Positions 48,856-59,715 of a stretch of DNA of 64,000 bases are shown here, piece by piece. Made by a program: the position numbers and the translations under genes. Location: NCBI GenBank assembly GCA_965209035.1, contig OZ242372.1:1088001-1152000 (forward strand), read 5' to 3'. Source of the stretch: Gammaproteobacteria bacterium (GTDB lineage: Bacteria; Pseudomonadota; Gammaproteobacteria; CBDBNL01; JAAOII01). How positions within the stretch are numbered: position 1 is the first letter of the stretch; each line of letters starts with the position of its first letter. The notes under the pieces are model-generated. The model was not told where the DNA came from. It was given only the letters and a program-made list of their open reading frames with translations, and made no database searches.

Positions 48856-49279
48856 CAAACAGAATGTTATAGAAAAATTATCACAGAAAGAACAAGGAGT
48901 CAAAGAACTACAAAAGGAAGATCTACGATTTAACCAGACACGATCAAAGAGTTCCGGGCAATTTGAAGATAAACATCTCGAAAGAAACGAAGTTGTTCAA
49001 AGAAGCACATATGTTTTACGCCTACCGGCTGCTTTTCTTTTTCATTTGACAGTGATCACCTTCCTATTGTTCTATCTTTCCTTTTTTGGCTATTTCACAA
49101 AATTCATTTTCTCCGGTAATGATATGCAAATGCGTGACAATATATTGGATTTTACTCCTCTGATTACCGCCACACTTCCTTATGTTCTTTTGGCGGCCGC
49201 TCTCATCACATTCAACTTTAGACTGGCGGGTTTAATCAATAAAATAAAAGACAGTCTGACTACAAATGGTAGTGCATAG
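48845..49279 (+). CDS. Two-TM membrane protein, putative Panacea-associated toxin
   Basis: Overlaps the antitoxin stop; charged N-terminus then two hydrophobic helices. Confidence 0.65.
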   Translation: MKNNKQNVIEKLSQKEQGVKELQKEDLRFNQTRSKSSGQFEDKHLERNEVVQRSTYVLRLPAAFLFHLTVITFLLFYLSFFGYFTKFIFSGNDMQMRDNILDFTPLITATLPYVLLAAALITFNFRLAGLINKIKDSLTTNGSA

Positions 49280-49565
49280 ATTTTTTGCGAGCACCATAAA
49301 ACAGACCTCCCCCAAATTAAAAGTATTGTTTTATTAATATCCGGCAACCGGTGGCACCGGCACCAGCCGCCCGCCCGGGTAATATCACCGGTTCGGGTAC
49401 AAACATCAGAGTCCAAAACTGAGAGGATGATACGGTAAAACATCACCAAACGCATTTGGAGATAAATAAGATAACGGAGAACAGTCCATCACAACGTGCG
49501 AGCATAGCAACGGGGCACGTCGGACGCATAGAAAGAACCGAACCCGCCCGCAACAAAATAAAAGT

Positions 49566-49859
49566 TTGTTCGGCGAGGCTGACGATCTTGCGACACGCAA
49601 AAAAACGCTGTTGCATAAACTGCGCAGTGCCGGTCGTTACAAGTATCGCAGATACGGCGGCTTGCCGTTGCGATATGCCGGCGGTAAAAGTTTGGCGGTC
49701 GGGTATGTTGTTGAAAATCTCCCGCATGACACAGACACTCTCGTATCGCCCTTTTTCGGCGGCGGCTCGGTGGAAATTACCTGTACCAAAGGACTTGGTT
49801 TGCGAGTGCGCGGCTACGCGTCGGCTCCCGACTCAGCGGCGCCAGACTACGCTTTATAA
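49566..49859 (+). pseudogene. Truncated Dam/D12-class DNA adenine methyltransferase
   Basis: PLRYAGGKS and SPFFGGGSVE motifs, then truncation. Confidence 0.75.
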
Positions 49860-50004
49860 TTTTGTAGTTTTGTAGTTTTGTAGTTTTTAGATTACCGGGT
49901 TTTCTTTAAGGTCGCCGATGTTAAAAACACCGAAGCGACCGGAACACCCTAATATCTTTAATATCTTTTACAAGAATCTCCGCTGTTTTTTATCTTTATT
50001 GCCT

Positions 50005-52500
50005 TTATTGCCTTTGCCTTTCCGCACCGCCCGAGGTGCAAGTCAGGGCCGGATACTGGGTGCTGTTGCCAAGATTCCATGCCCGATTTGCGGCTATCGC
50101 CAAGGGACTGCCAGCATCGGTTGTGAATTCACCCGTATCGGGATCACACCAGAAATCGTCCCAGTTGGCATAGATGCCTGCAAAGGTCGTTTGGCTTTGT
50201 AAGGCCTCTGTTGTCTTGCCCGTGCCGAAACGACTGCTTCCGCTTGCCGGAATATCTGTTGTATTAAGATCCCAATAGGTGTCTTCAAAAGTGATAGACG
50301 AAGGGATTTTCGTTGTAACTCCCACTATACCGCCGTGTTTAGTGGAAGAACTTGAACCGGGTCTGGCGTCGCTTGTCGCAAAACTTGCCAAAGAGGCACT
50401 TATTTGTAAGGTGGCTCCGTCCCCTGCGATGCCACCAATACTTCCTGCCCCAAATTGGCTATTCATAAGGTTACCGCCTATGGCATAACTGGCCGTAATT
50501 TCTAAGGACAACTCGCATCGCCCTATGAATCCTCCGATTGGACGACTATCTCCTATACCTGTAACATCTACTTTGCTTGCATAAGAAGCATTGATATAAG
50601 AGTCTCTATTATTAAAGGAGGTCGTCGAATATCCGCCAAAACCTCCTACTAAGAGGGCGGCGGAGACTCTCATATTGGCAGTATAAGACGAGATCAAACC
50701 TGCACCTTCTATCTGACCGAACAAACCGCCCACACGTGTTCCCCCGAAAATATCTAGCGTGCTATCTGAGACACTCGTCCTTATTAACATGCTCTCTACA
50801 ACCGAGCCGACTAATCCTCCGATAGCGGTTCTTGCATCTGCCGTATTCTTTGTTCCTGTTAGTATAAGAGATCCTCTCATAACATGCACATTTTCCAACC
50901 GTGAAGAACGAATAACCCTACCAACAAGCAATCCCACATGAGACGGAGATCCACTTGAACTGTAACTTGCATCTAACAGTTGCAGATTGCGCATTGTGCC
51001 ACTGTTTAGTCCGGCAAACAGACCCCATCCAAAATTATTCTCTACAACATTCGGAGGGCGAATTTTCAAATGACTAATATTGTGATGATTGCCATCAAAG
51101 ATGCCTCTATAAAATCGACAGGTGCTGAGAGCTCCTCCACTACAAGATCCTATCGGCGTCCAGCCCTCGCCGGTCCACTCGGCCATATTTTCGCTATTGT
51201 CGGCATAAGAACTCGCATCCGTAAAATTAAGCGAGCGCATCAACTCATAGCCCTTGCAACCCGACTTGGGACAGCCGGCATTGCCCGGGGCATTGATGTT
51301 GTCCTGATCGTCGTCATCTACCCCATCGGCATTGAGATCATCGCGCAGCCACGCCAGGTCATCCAAAGTGTAGATCTCTATCAGACCATTATTATCGTCA
51401 TCCACATCTTCGGCATCCGCATATGCATCGCCATCCGCATTCGCACCCGTCACCGCAAACACCCGGTTTGTATAAGAGTTGCCCTCGCCCGCTATCAGAG
51501 TAACTTCGATCGTGTAATTGGTGTCGGTAGCCAAGTCGGAAATGGTATAGGCAGTTCTTGTCTCCGAAGCAATGGTGCCGTCATTTACACTTGATACGCT
51601 TGTCTCATCATCCAATCTGTCCGAGGAGTCCGAATCGGATGGAGCATCACTCGGAAACCAAGTGATCTCAAAGGCATCAATGAAGCCTGCCGGGTTGGTC
51701 CAATTGAGCATCAAACTTGTTTCGGCCGGCGCTGCCGACAGACCAATGACGCCCATTGTCGCCGGCAGATCCGCCGGATCTTCCTCGCAGGCATCGCCCT
51801 CACCATCCTGATTGACATCCGCCTGATCTCTGTTTCGCATCAGCCGGCAATTATCCTCATCGTTGTCTATATCATCACCGTCAATATCGTCGTCCAGGCT
51901 ATCCGGCAAGGTGTCATTGTCCAGGTTGCTGCCGGGCACAGGATCATTCGGCACAGTTTGCACCTCTGTTCTACTGTTGGCGCCGTTGGTGGGATTCAAC
52001 AGCAGCAACAAAGTTACCCGATATGTGTTACCGTTCTCTATTCCTGTCGTTGCCTCATAAGAGGCGGACATACCGGAGCCGAGGTCATTCGTCTTTTGGG
52101 CACGAAACACCTCGCCTGTTGGCGCACCGGCAACAACCTGTTGCCAACTGATATTAAATCCCACAATCAGGTTATCCTCTCCCGCCGTCACCGGGTTAGT
52201 CCAACGCAACAATAAACTGTTGTTGTTGGGAATGACCGTCAGATCCGTCACTTCCAGGAGTGTTGGGTCGCTACCGCCATCGCTGCCCCCCCCGCCACCG
52301 CCGCAAGCGGACAGTAACAATAAACAGCCGATAAGCAGCGAAGTAAAAAAGTGAGTCAGTCCCCGAAAGTATATCGAAGAAGACTGCGAAGTCTTCGCAG
52401 GCATAGAATGCATCGGAACAAGCCCGAACAGGTTGTGGTTGTCTCTTAAACGAGAATGTAAAGTTTGTGTCATTAGATTTCTCTTGGTTGGTGAATTCAC
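50005..52500 (-). CDS. Surface lipoprotein with 2 FN3-like, TSP3 and GLUG-like repeats, copy 3
   Basis: Lipobox LLLSAC, DDDNNGLIEI, GG(L/F)xG repeats, shared WNLGNSTQYPAL C-terminus. Confidence 0.85.
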   Translation of the reverse strand: MNSPTKRNLMTQTLHSRLRDNHNLFGLVPMHSMPAKTSQSSSIYFRGLTHFFTSLLIGCLLLLSACGGGGGGSDGGSDPTLLEVTDLTVIPNNNSLLLRWTNPVTAGEDNLIVGFNISWQQVVAGAPTGEVFRAQKTNDLGSGMSASYEATTGIENGNTYRVTLLLLLNPTNGANSRTEVQTVPNDPVPGSNLDNDTLPDSLDDDIDGDDIDNDEDNCRLMRNRDQADVNQDGEGDACEEDPADLPATMGVIGLSAAPAETSLMLNWTNPAGFIDAFEITWFPSDAPSDSDSSDRLDDETSVSSVNDGTIASETRTAYTISDLATDTNYTIEVTLIAGEGNSYTNRVFAVTGANADGDAYADAEDVDDDNNGLIEIYTLDDLAWLRDDLNADGVDDDDQDNINAPGNAGCPKSGCKGYELMRSLNFTDASSYADNSENMAEWTGEGWTPIGSCSGGALSTCRFYRGIFDGNHHNISHLKIRPPNVVENNFGWGLFAGLNSGTMRNLQLLDASYSSSGSPSHVGLLVGRVIRSSRLENVHVMRGSLILTGTKNTADARTAIGGLVGSVVESMLIRTSVSDSTLDIFGGTRVGGLFGQIEGAGLISSYTANMRVSAALLVGGFGGYSTTSFNNRDSYINASYASKVDVTGIGDSRPIGGFIGRCELSLEITASYAIGGNLMNSQFGAGSIGGIAGDGATLQISASLASFATSDARPGSSSSTKHGGIVGVTTKIPSSITFEDTYWDLNTTDIPASGSSRFGTGKTTEALQSQTTFAGIYANWDDFWCDPDTGEFTTDAGSPLAIAANRAWNLGNSTQYPALTCTSGGAERQRQ

Positions 52501-52599
52501 CGTTTCATTTCATAATTTAATAAGGTATTAACTCTTGTTAATAGTATACTCTATTTTTGGGAATTATGCTTTGTGACCCGTAAAAATAAGTATTATTAT

Positions 52600-53521
52600 T
52601 GCATGATCTCATAAAGGTTCCGGACTCTGAGTTCGGTATGGTGCGTCCTCAAATTAAAGAGCCGGCGGTTCGCGGCGGTTAGATGCTCTGGCGGACGGGT
52701 CGTAAATAGATGTGGAGCCGGATGAATAAACCGGGCAAGAAGGGCGGATAGTTGTTTTGCTCTCACCGCCGCCGACAGCGGCGGCTTGTTGTTGATAAAA
52801 CTGTCTTAGGTGTATCCGCCGGCGAGACGGTACGGTTTGTGAGGGTAGCCGGGCTGCGCATTACTGCACATTACTGCGCCTTACTGCACATTGGAAATGA
52901 GAGGAACACGTTTACGCTACCTTTACCATACGGGGGGTTATCGCGTGCGCGGCTGCAATCAACCGGTGGTTTTAGCAAATCAATATTTAAACATGCCTAA
53001 AACCACCAAAATCAAATACGCCACCTTAATGAATGTTCGCGCGCAAACATAGTGTCGCGGCGGTGCCGGATCATGCCGGGATCAGTCGTGGCACATTCTA
53101 CGCGTGGCAGCGGCATTTCCGTGAAGGCGGAGTCGACGGACTGGCGAACAACTATGGGTATCAGTCCAAGCGGTCCAACACCCGGGCACCGGCCCTGGTT
53201 GCCAGGATCCGGTCGCGGCGACAAGCGCGACCGAACATCGGTGCCGGTAAACCGGTCTGCTTGTTACCCGAATGGTGTCAGCGACATATAACCGGCGGCT
53301 GCCGACACCCGGCCAATCAACGCTCTCTCGCATCATTGCCGATGACCCGGATAAGATGCGGTGCGAAACGCCCGCGGCAAGGCACGCCGCGCGAGCGCAA
53401 GCAACCCGGCCATGTTCCGCGCCGGACCGGTGAATGTGTTGCCTTTGGGACACTCGCCCGCTCTCGCCGAATCCGGTTTTTGCAAAAACAACAAAAGTCC
53501 GGGAATGGGTGGGACTATACA
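52600..53521 (+). mobile_element. Degraded IS481-like element (HTH part)
   Basis: AGISRGTFYAWQRHFREGGVDGL HTH fragment; inverted homology to 45548-46183. Confidence 0.6.
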
Positions 53522-53695
53522 AAAAAGCAGGAAATCATCGATACTCCGTATAATAATTGATGTGAACAGGGAATTGACTGCTTTTATTTTATCGTTTTTT
53601 ATATATAAAGTTGAATCCAACATTATGAATGCTCTCGTAATGAAACAGCTTTTAATTTTATCTAAAGGACGAGTCGCCGGCCCTTACAATTTCAA

Positions 53696-54385
53696 ATGAA
53701 CCAAGATTTTATACCAACTTACAGCAGCCAGGCTGTGGCGAGTTACTTACTGAAACTGGCGGCCGACGAAGGAAAATCTCCGGATAGAATGCAGATCCTT
53801 AAGTTGGTCCACCTTTGCCACGGATGGCACCTGGGGTTTTGCGAGGGGAAGCCGCTCATCCACGCTGCCATAGAAGCATGGAAATATGGCCCCGTGATTC
53901 CCAAACTTTTTTGGGGATTGGCAAAGCATCCGACCTCTAAAAACATCCCCGCCAATTTTTTTGGCGAAAAGTATAAAAGCGAAGGTCTGGATAAAAAATA
54001 AGCAGGCGATGGAACTGATAAAAGATATTTGGCAGTTTTACCGGTCGGCAACTTTCCACGATGACGCATAAGGAAGGGAGTCCCTGGTCCCTGCTTTATC
54101 ATAACGGGTCATCCAATTTTTTGATATCGGATTCTGTTATCCGCAACTACTATGACGAGTTCGTCAAAGATACCGATGACAAGGAAGAAAAAAGAAGCAA
54201 CAAATAATAGCATACTCGTTGCGAAAGCGGATTCATCTTTCAAGAAAGAGAAGCAAGACCACGCTTCCGCCAAACAATCCTCTCTCAAAAGCGGGGGTGA
54301 AGCAAAAGAATTAGAAAGTCCCCAACAACAAAGAGAAGAAAGAGAAAATCAATACGAAAGAAAACTGAGCCTGTGGCGTTCTTGA
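53696..54385 (+). pseudogene. Frameshifted Panacea antitoxin and truncated partner gene
   Basis: Paralog of 54987-55935; antitoxin stops at 54001 right after an A-run; partner is cut at 54379 by an IR-bounded element. Confidence 0.8.
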
Positions 54386-54813
54386 CTTCGGAAACTTTTT
54401 AAAAAACCTTGATTTTATAAGGGTTTGCGGGCAGTTTTTATACCCTGCAAGCCCTTACTTTGCCCTTAGAACCGGTTATTGAACAAAGTGGGTTGTTTGA
54501 GTTGTTTATTGAACTGCCTGTAGAATACGTTGCTGTCACGGCGTGAGTTTGTGCGGGTTTCTGTAATAGTTGCCGATGGGATTGCGTTGGATGGTGAATG
54601 GTCGTTTTGAAATTTCCCGCTTTTTTTAGAATTTTCTGAGTCCTAACGACTTCCTCGGTAGGATTAAATACCGACAGATATTGCTCTTTTTTTCCAATTA
54701 TTTCACGAATATGCATAATGTACCTGGCATTGTACCCTGTAAAAAGCTTCAAAAAAATCCTTATAAATACAGGAGTTTTTAAAAATCTAAAAATTTCTTT
54801 CCGAAGTCAAGAA
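54379..54813. mobile_element. 435-bp MITE/internally deleted IS
   Basis: Perfect 16-bp terminal IR TTCTTGACTTCGGAAA (54379-54394 and 54798-54813) with weaker subterminal symmetry. Confidence 0.75.
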
Positions 54814-54986
54814 AAAAGCGGGAAATCATCGATACTCCGTATAATAATTGATGTGAACAGGGAATTGACTGCTTTTATTTTATTATTTTTTATATATAAA
54901 GTTGAATCCAACATTATGAATGCTCTCGTAATGAAACAGCTTTTAATTTTATCTAAAGGACGAGTAACCGGCCTTTACAATTTCAA

Positions 54987-55508
54987 ATGAATCAAAATCT
55001 TATACCAACTTACAGCAGCCAGGCTGTGGCGAGCTACTTACTGGAGCTGGCGGCCGAAGAAAGAACATCTCTGGATAAAATGCAGATCATGAAGTTGGTC
55101 TACCTTTGCCACGGATGGCACTTGGGACTTCGCGGTGGAGAGCCGCTCATCCACGATGCCATAGAAGCATGGAAATATGGCCCCGTGATTCCCATACTTT
55201 TTGGGGAATTGGCCAAGCATCCGACCTATGAAAATGTCCCCACCAACTTTTTTGGCAAAAAGTATAAAAGCGAAGGCATGGATAAAAATAAGAAGGCGAT
55301 GGAAATGATAAAAGATATTTGGAAGTTTTACCGGAAATTTACCGGTCTGCAACTTTCCTCGATGACGCATAAGGAAGGAACACCCTGGGCCCTGCTTTAT
55401 CATAACGGGACACCCAATTTTTTGATATCGGATTCCGTTATCCGCAATTACTATGACAAGTTAATCAAAGATATCGATGCCAAGGAAGGAAAAAAAAGAA
55501 AAAAATAA
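54987..55508 (+). CDS. Panacea/SocA (DUF4065) antitoxin, second subtype
   Basis: QIMKLVY, IEAWKYGPVIP, LSSMTH..GTPW. Confidence 0.9.
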   Translation: MNQNLIPTYSSQAVASYLLELAAEERTSLDKMQIMKLVYLCHGWHLGLRGGEPLIHDAIEAWKYGPVIPILFGELAKHPTYENVPTNFFGKKYKSEGMDKNKKAMEMIKDIWKFYRKFTGLQLSSMTHKEGTPWALLYHNGTPNFLISDSVIRNYYDKLIKDIDAKEGKKRKK

Positions 55509-55935
55509 CATACCCTTTCCGACAGGCAGTTCATATTTAGAGGAAATGGAGCAAGGCGATGCTTCCGCCAAACAATCCTCTCTCGAAAAAATAGAATACA
55601 AAAAAATAGTCATTCAACAAGAGAGGGAGGACAGAGAAAATCAATACGAAAAAAAACTGAACCTGCCGCGTTTGGTATTATCCTTTGTTTTGCACGCGCT
55701 TGTTATTGCTTATGCCATGCATCTTTTGTTGCATCCTTACATACCCGCAATTATGGATGTACTTCCTTCAAATTGGATTTCAAATTGGAAATACGAATCG
55801 AAAGACATGCAAGACTTTTTAGTGAGCATCTTACCCGCAATAGGCATTCTTGCCATTATTCTCGTAACCAGGCCTGCGTCTTTTATAAGAACAATTCTTG
55901 AACGGTCGTCCGATTCATCCGGGTCGGGCGGATAG
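55477..55935 (+). CDS. Two-TM membrane protein, putative Panacea-associated toxin
   Basis: Overlaps the antitoxin 3' end; charged N-terminus and two hydrophobic helices. Confidence 0.65.
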   Translation: MPRKEKKEKNNIPFPTGSSYLEEMEQGDASAKQSSLEKIEYKKIVIQQEREDRENQYEKKLNLPRLVLSFVLHALVIAYAMHLLLHPYIPAIMDVLPSNWISNWKYESKDMQDFLVSILPAIGILAIILVTRPASFIRTILERSSDSSGSGG

Positions 55936-56068
55936 GATCCCAATCCTTTTTGATCGTCTTTTGTAAAGACGCTTAAGGCACTTAAGACATTTCGGGGGCT
56001 GGCGGATGACTTTGCGTCTTCCTCTCTTTAACCTAACTGATCCCAGCCCGGGACATCGTTAGAAATTG

Positions 56069-57280
56069 CTATCCGGCGGGCGGCGGTTTTTCCGGGCGGA
56101 AGAAGAGTTCCAGACTGCGGCGATACACCCGGGTGACCGTGCGCAGTTCGTCTTTGGCGATGCGTTCGTTCGGTTCGTGCATGCCGAGACCGCGCGGGCC
56201 AAACTCCATCACTTCCGGGGGTTGCGGATCTTCGGGTGACACCGAGTATTCGGCAAAAAACCTTCCGTCCGATACACCGCCGGCAACAGAAAATTCGGGT
56301 TCCCCGGCACAGACCTCCGTAATTGCCCGTTGCAAGGCGTCCGCCAGCCGACCGGGTTGGCACAGATAGGGTTTGGCTCCTTGCCTCCAACGAATCTCAG
56401 GTGAGAAATCGGATGCCGTCGCCGCAATCACTTGCTCCGCTTCGGTCCGAATGGCGGCGGCACCGGGGTCCGCGGTATAACGCCAGTTGCCTTTCAGAAT
56501 CACTTCGGGTGCGGTGACATTTTCGGCAACGGCGCGACTGCGAATGTCTGTCAGGTGAAACACGGTGCCGGGGGCATCTCCCGCCGGCCGCTGTTTGGCA
56601 AACCGAGCGACAATTTCGGCCGCGCGGTGCAGGACATTTTCATCGGAGCGCATATAACCGGGATGCCCCTGCTTGCCGCGTAATTTTAATTGCAAGCTCA
56701 GGGAGCCGCGTCTGCCGTTTTTGATGGTGTCGCCCGGGACACGCACGGATGTCGGTTCGCCGACCAGGCAATGGCGAATACGCAGGTTGCGTTTTTTTAG
56801 TTCGCGCAGCACGGCGGCGGTGCCGTGGATTGCATCGCCTTCTTCGTCGCCTGTGATCAACAGGCCCAGAGACGCCGGCAGTTGCCGGTCACCAAGCGAG
56901 GCAAAAAATTGTTCGGTCGCTGTCACAAATGCCGCCAGCGAGCCCTTCATGTCGGCCGCGCCGCGTCCGTAAATATAGCCCTTGTCGTCCTCTTCGGCGC
57001 CGAACGGGTCGTATTGCCAGGCGGCGATGTCGCCGGCCGGCACCACATCCGTATGCCCGCAAAAGACCAGATAGTCGTCGGTTGCTCCTTTGCGGGATGC
57101 CCAAAGATTGCGAACGCCTTCAAATTCCAAACACTCGGTGACAAAGCCCAGCCGGTTTAGTCGCTCCGCCAGAATATCCCGGCAGTTGCTTCTGTCGGGC
57201 GTTACGGATTCGGCGCGGATCAGTTGTCGCAGAAGTTGTGTTGCCGAGTCGTCCGTCATGCTGTTCCGGTGTTCTGTCAC
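56069..57280 (-). CDS. dapE: Succinyl-diaminopimelate desuccinylase
   Basis: GHTDVVP, GRGAADMKG, GDEEG, VGEPTS, KNGRRGS, GKQGH; dap gene context. Confidence 0.92.
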   Translation of the reverse strand: MTEHRNSMTDDSATQLLRQLIRAESVTPDRSNCRDILAERLNRLGFVTECLEFEGVRNLWASRKGATDDYLVFCGHTDVVPAGDIAAWQYDPFGAEEDDKGYIYGRGAADMKGSLAAFVTATEQFFASLGDRQLPASLGLLITGDEEGDAIHGTAAVLRELKKRNLRIRHCLVGEPTSVRVPGDTIKNGRRGSLSLQLKLRGKQGHPGYMRSDENVLHRAAEIVARFAKQRPAGDAPGTVFHLTDIRSRAVAENVTAPEVILKGNWRYTADPGAAAIRTEAEQVIAATASDFSPEIRWRQGAKPYLCQPGRLADALQRAITEVCAGEPEFSVAGGVSDGRFFAEYSVSPEDPQPPEVMEFGPRGLGMHEPNERIAKDELRTVTRVYRRSLELFFRPEKPPPAG

Positions 57281-57376
57281 TCTGCTGCTCTTTTATTTGT
57301 TATTGCGATTGTCTTTTTTGGTTCCCCGGTCGCCCGCCGGGATGCCCGAATGCCTCCACCCGCCGACACGCCCCGG

Positions 57377-59263
57377 TCATTCCACTGTCACGGACTTTGC
57401 CAGGTTGCGCGGCTTATCAATGTCTGTGCCGAGACGCAATGCCACCTCGTATGCCAAAAGTTGCGTGGCGACGCCGTAAACAATCGGCATGATCATTTCC
57501 TGCCCGGCACCTTTCGCATGCGGCAGGACAATCAATTCGTCGGCAATGCGTTCAACCTCCTTGTCGCCGCGACCTTCGGCAAACACCAGCAGGGGGCCGC
57601 GCCTGGCGACAATCTCTTGCATGTTGGATTTAATCTTGGCGGCGCGAATGCCGGAACCGGTCAGGACAACGGTGGGTGTTTTTTCGTCTATCAGGGCGAG
57701 GGGGCCGTGTTTGAGTTCGCCGCCCGGATAGGATTCGGCGTGAATGTAAGAGATTTCTTTGAGTTTGAGCGCGCCTTCCATTGCCAGGGGCATCAAGGGG
57801 CCGCGTCCGATGAAGAGGACACTGTCCTTGTCCGCCAACAACTCGGCGGCCGCTACGATTTTGGGACGCAGCGCGAGTGTTTTTTCAATCAGATCGGGCA
57901 AGGATTCCAAAGCGGCGATGAGTTTGCGGACACCGTCCGAGTCACCCCGGATTTGCATAAAGAAGCCGAGAAGAATGAGAAGCCCGATTAACTGGGCCGT
58001 GAAGGCCTTGGTGGATGCCACGCCGATTTCCGGCCCCGCCGAAATGAGCAGCGGGATATCACAGGCGCGGATCAAACTGCTTGCCGGGACATTGCAGATC
58101 GCCAGAGACGCGAGAAACGGACGATTGAGCTTGTCGGCGGCGGAGATGCTGCGCAATGCCTCCAACACATCGGCTGTTTCGCCGGACTGGGAAATCGTCA
58201 CATACAAACTGTCGGGCGGGATATTTTTTCGCATATAACGAAACTCGCTGGCGACCTCCGTTCGCACCGTGAGATCGCTGTGTTCTTCAAACCAATAACG
58301 GGCTGTCAGACCGGCGTGATAAGCGGTACCGCAACCGACCAGGTACATATTTTTGGTGCGCTCAAGAACCCCCATTCCCGTTTCGCCGAGTGTTTGCGGC
58401 AGAAAGTGTCGCTTGGTCAGACGACCGGTGAGCGTATTGACGACCGTGTCCGGCTGCTCGTAAATTTCTTTTAGCATGAAGTGTCCGTAGTCGCCGCGGT
58501 CAACCGCCGCGGGTCCGTGCTTGTAAATTTCCACTTTGGGGCGAATTCGGCCGCCGCCGACCTTGCGAATCTCACACCGGCTGACACCAAGAATTGCCAT
58601 TTCTTCGTCTTCCAAGTAAATGAACCGATCCGTGACCTGCAGCAGGGCGAGCGGATCCGATGCCAGAAAGTTTTCTTCCGTGCCGACACCCACCACCAGC
58701 GGCGCTCCTTTGCGGACACCAATCAGGCAATCCGGTTCCCACAGATCAAGAACCGCAAACGCAAACGCGCCTTCCAGTTTGCGAACCGTGCGTTCCAGGG
58801 CGTCCGCCAGACTGCGACCCCGTTGCAGATGATCGTAAATCAAAACGGCAATCACTTCGCTGTCCGTTTCGCCCGAAAATTTGTAGCCCTGTTTTTGCAA
58901 CTTGTCGCGAAACGACCGATAGTTTTCCACTATGCCGTTATGCACCAACGCCACTCGCCCGCCCGCCAGATGTGGGTGGGCGTTACTCACGGTGACCTCT
59001 CCGTGTGTCGCCCAGCGTGTGTGGGCAATGCCCGTGCATCCGTCCGTGCGATGCTTTTGCAAGGCGGCGGTCAACACTTCAACCTTGCCGCAAACCCGAT
59101 GATGGTGGAACTTGTTCTTGTTTCCGTCTTTATTTTCGCCTTCGCCTTTTTCAAGGACGGCGATGCCCGCCGAATCGTAGCCTCGGTACTCCAAACGCCG
59201 CAGGCCTTCCAAAAGGAGGTCGCGCACATTCCGCCGCGAGACACAACCGACTATTCCGCACAT
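57377..59263 (-). CDS. glmS: Glutamine-fructose-6-phosphate aminotransferase
   Basis: MCGIVG, LEYRGYDSAG, HTRWATHG, PRNLAKSVTVE. Confidence 0.98.
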   Translation of the reverse strand: MCGIVGCVSRRNVRDLLLEGLRRLEYRGYDSAGIAVLEKGEGENKDGNKNKFHHHRVCGKVEVLTAALQKHRTDGCTGIAHTRWATHGEVTVSNAHPHLAGGRVALVHNGIVENYRSFRDKLQKQGYKFSGETDSEVIAVLIYDHLQRGRSLADALERTVRKLEGAFAFAVLDLWEPDCLIGVRKGAPLVVGVGTEENFLASDPLALLQVTDRFIYLEDEEMAILGVSRCEIRKVGGGRIRPKVEIYKHGPAAVDRGDYGHFMLKEIYEQPDTVVNTLTGRLTKRHFLPQTLGETGMGVLERTKNMYLVGCGTAYHAGLTARYWFEEHSDLTVRTEVASEFRYMRKNIPPDSLYVTISQSGETADVLEALRSISAADKLNRPFLASLAICNVPASSLIRACDIPLLISAGPEIGVASTKAFTAQLIGLLILLGFFMQIRGDSDGVRKLIAALESLPDLIEKTLALRPKIVAAAELLADKDSVLFIGRGPLMPLAMEGALKLKEISYIHAESYPGGELKHGPLALIDEKTPTVVLTGSGIRAAKIKSNMQEIVARRGPLLVFAEGRGDKEVERIADELIVLPHAKGAGQEMIMPIVYGVATQLLAYEVALRLGTDIDKPRNLAKSVTVE

Positions 59264-59328
59264 GAACTATTGAATAAACTATTAAACTATTAAATAAGCT
59301 ATTAAATGATCCCCCCGGGAATCTTGTT

Positions 59329-59715
59329 TCAGAGTTGCATGATCGCATCAATTTCAACGCGAACGCCGCGCGGCAGGGCCGCAACCTGCACCGCCGCCCG
59401 GGCGGGAAACGGGCGGGGAAAGTGTTCTTCCATGTATGCGTTGACCGCGGCAAAGTCGCTCAGGTCTTTAAGATACACGGTTAACTTTGCCAAATTCTCA
59501 GCGGAACCGCCGGCGGAATGCGCCACCGCAAACAGGTTGGCAAAGGTTTGCCGAATCTGTTCCGGCGCACTCTCGCCGACCACCTCGCCGGTTTTCGGGT
59601 CCAACGGGATCTGGCCGGAAATATAGACAATATCGCCGCAGCGCACGGCTTGCGAATAGGCGCCGATGGCGCCGGGAGCCGCGTCGGTTGCAATTTCTTC
59701 TTTTGTGTGTTTCAT
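59329..59715 (-). CDS. RidA/YjgF family protein
   Basis: APGAIGAYSQAV, SGQIP, PARAAV, VEIDA; start reassigned to the in-frame ATG at 59715. Confidence 0.9.
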   Translation of the reverse strand: MKHTKEEIATDAAPGAIGAYSQAVRCGDIVYISGQIPLDPKTGEVVGESAPEQIRQTFANLFAVAHSAGGSAENLAKLTVYLKDLSDFAAVNAYMEEHFPRPFPARAAVQVAALPRGVRVEIDAIMQL

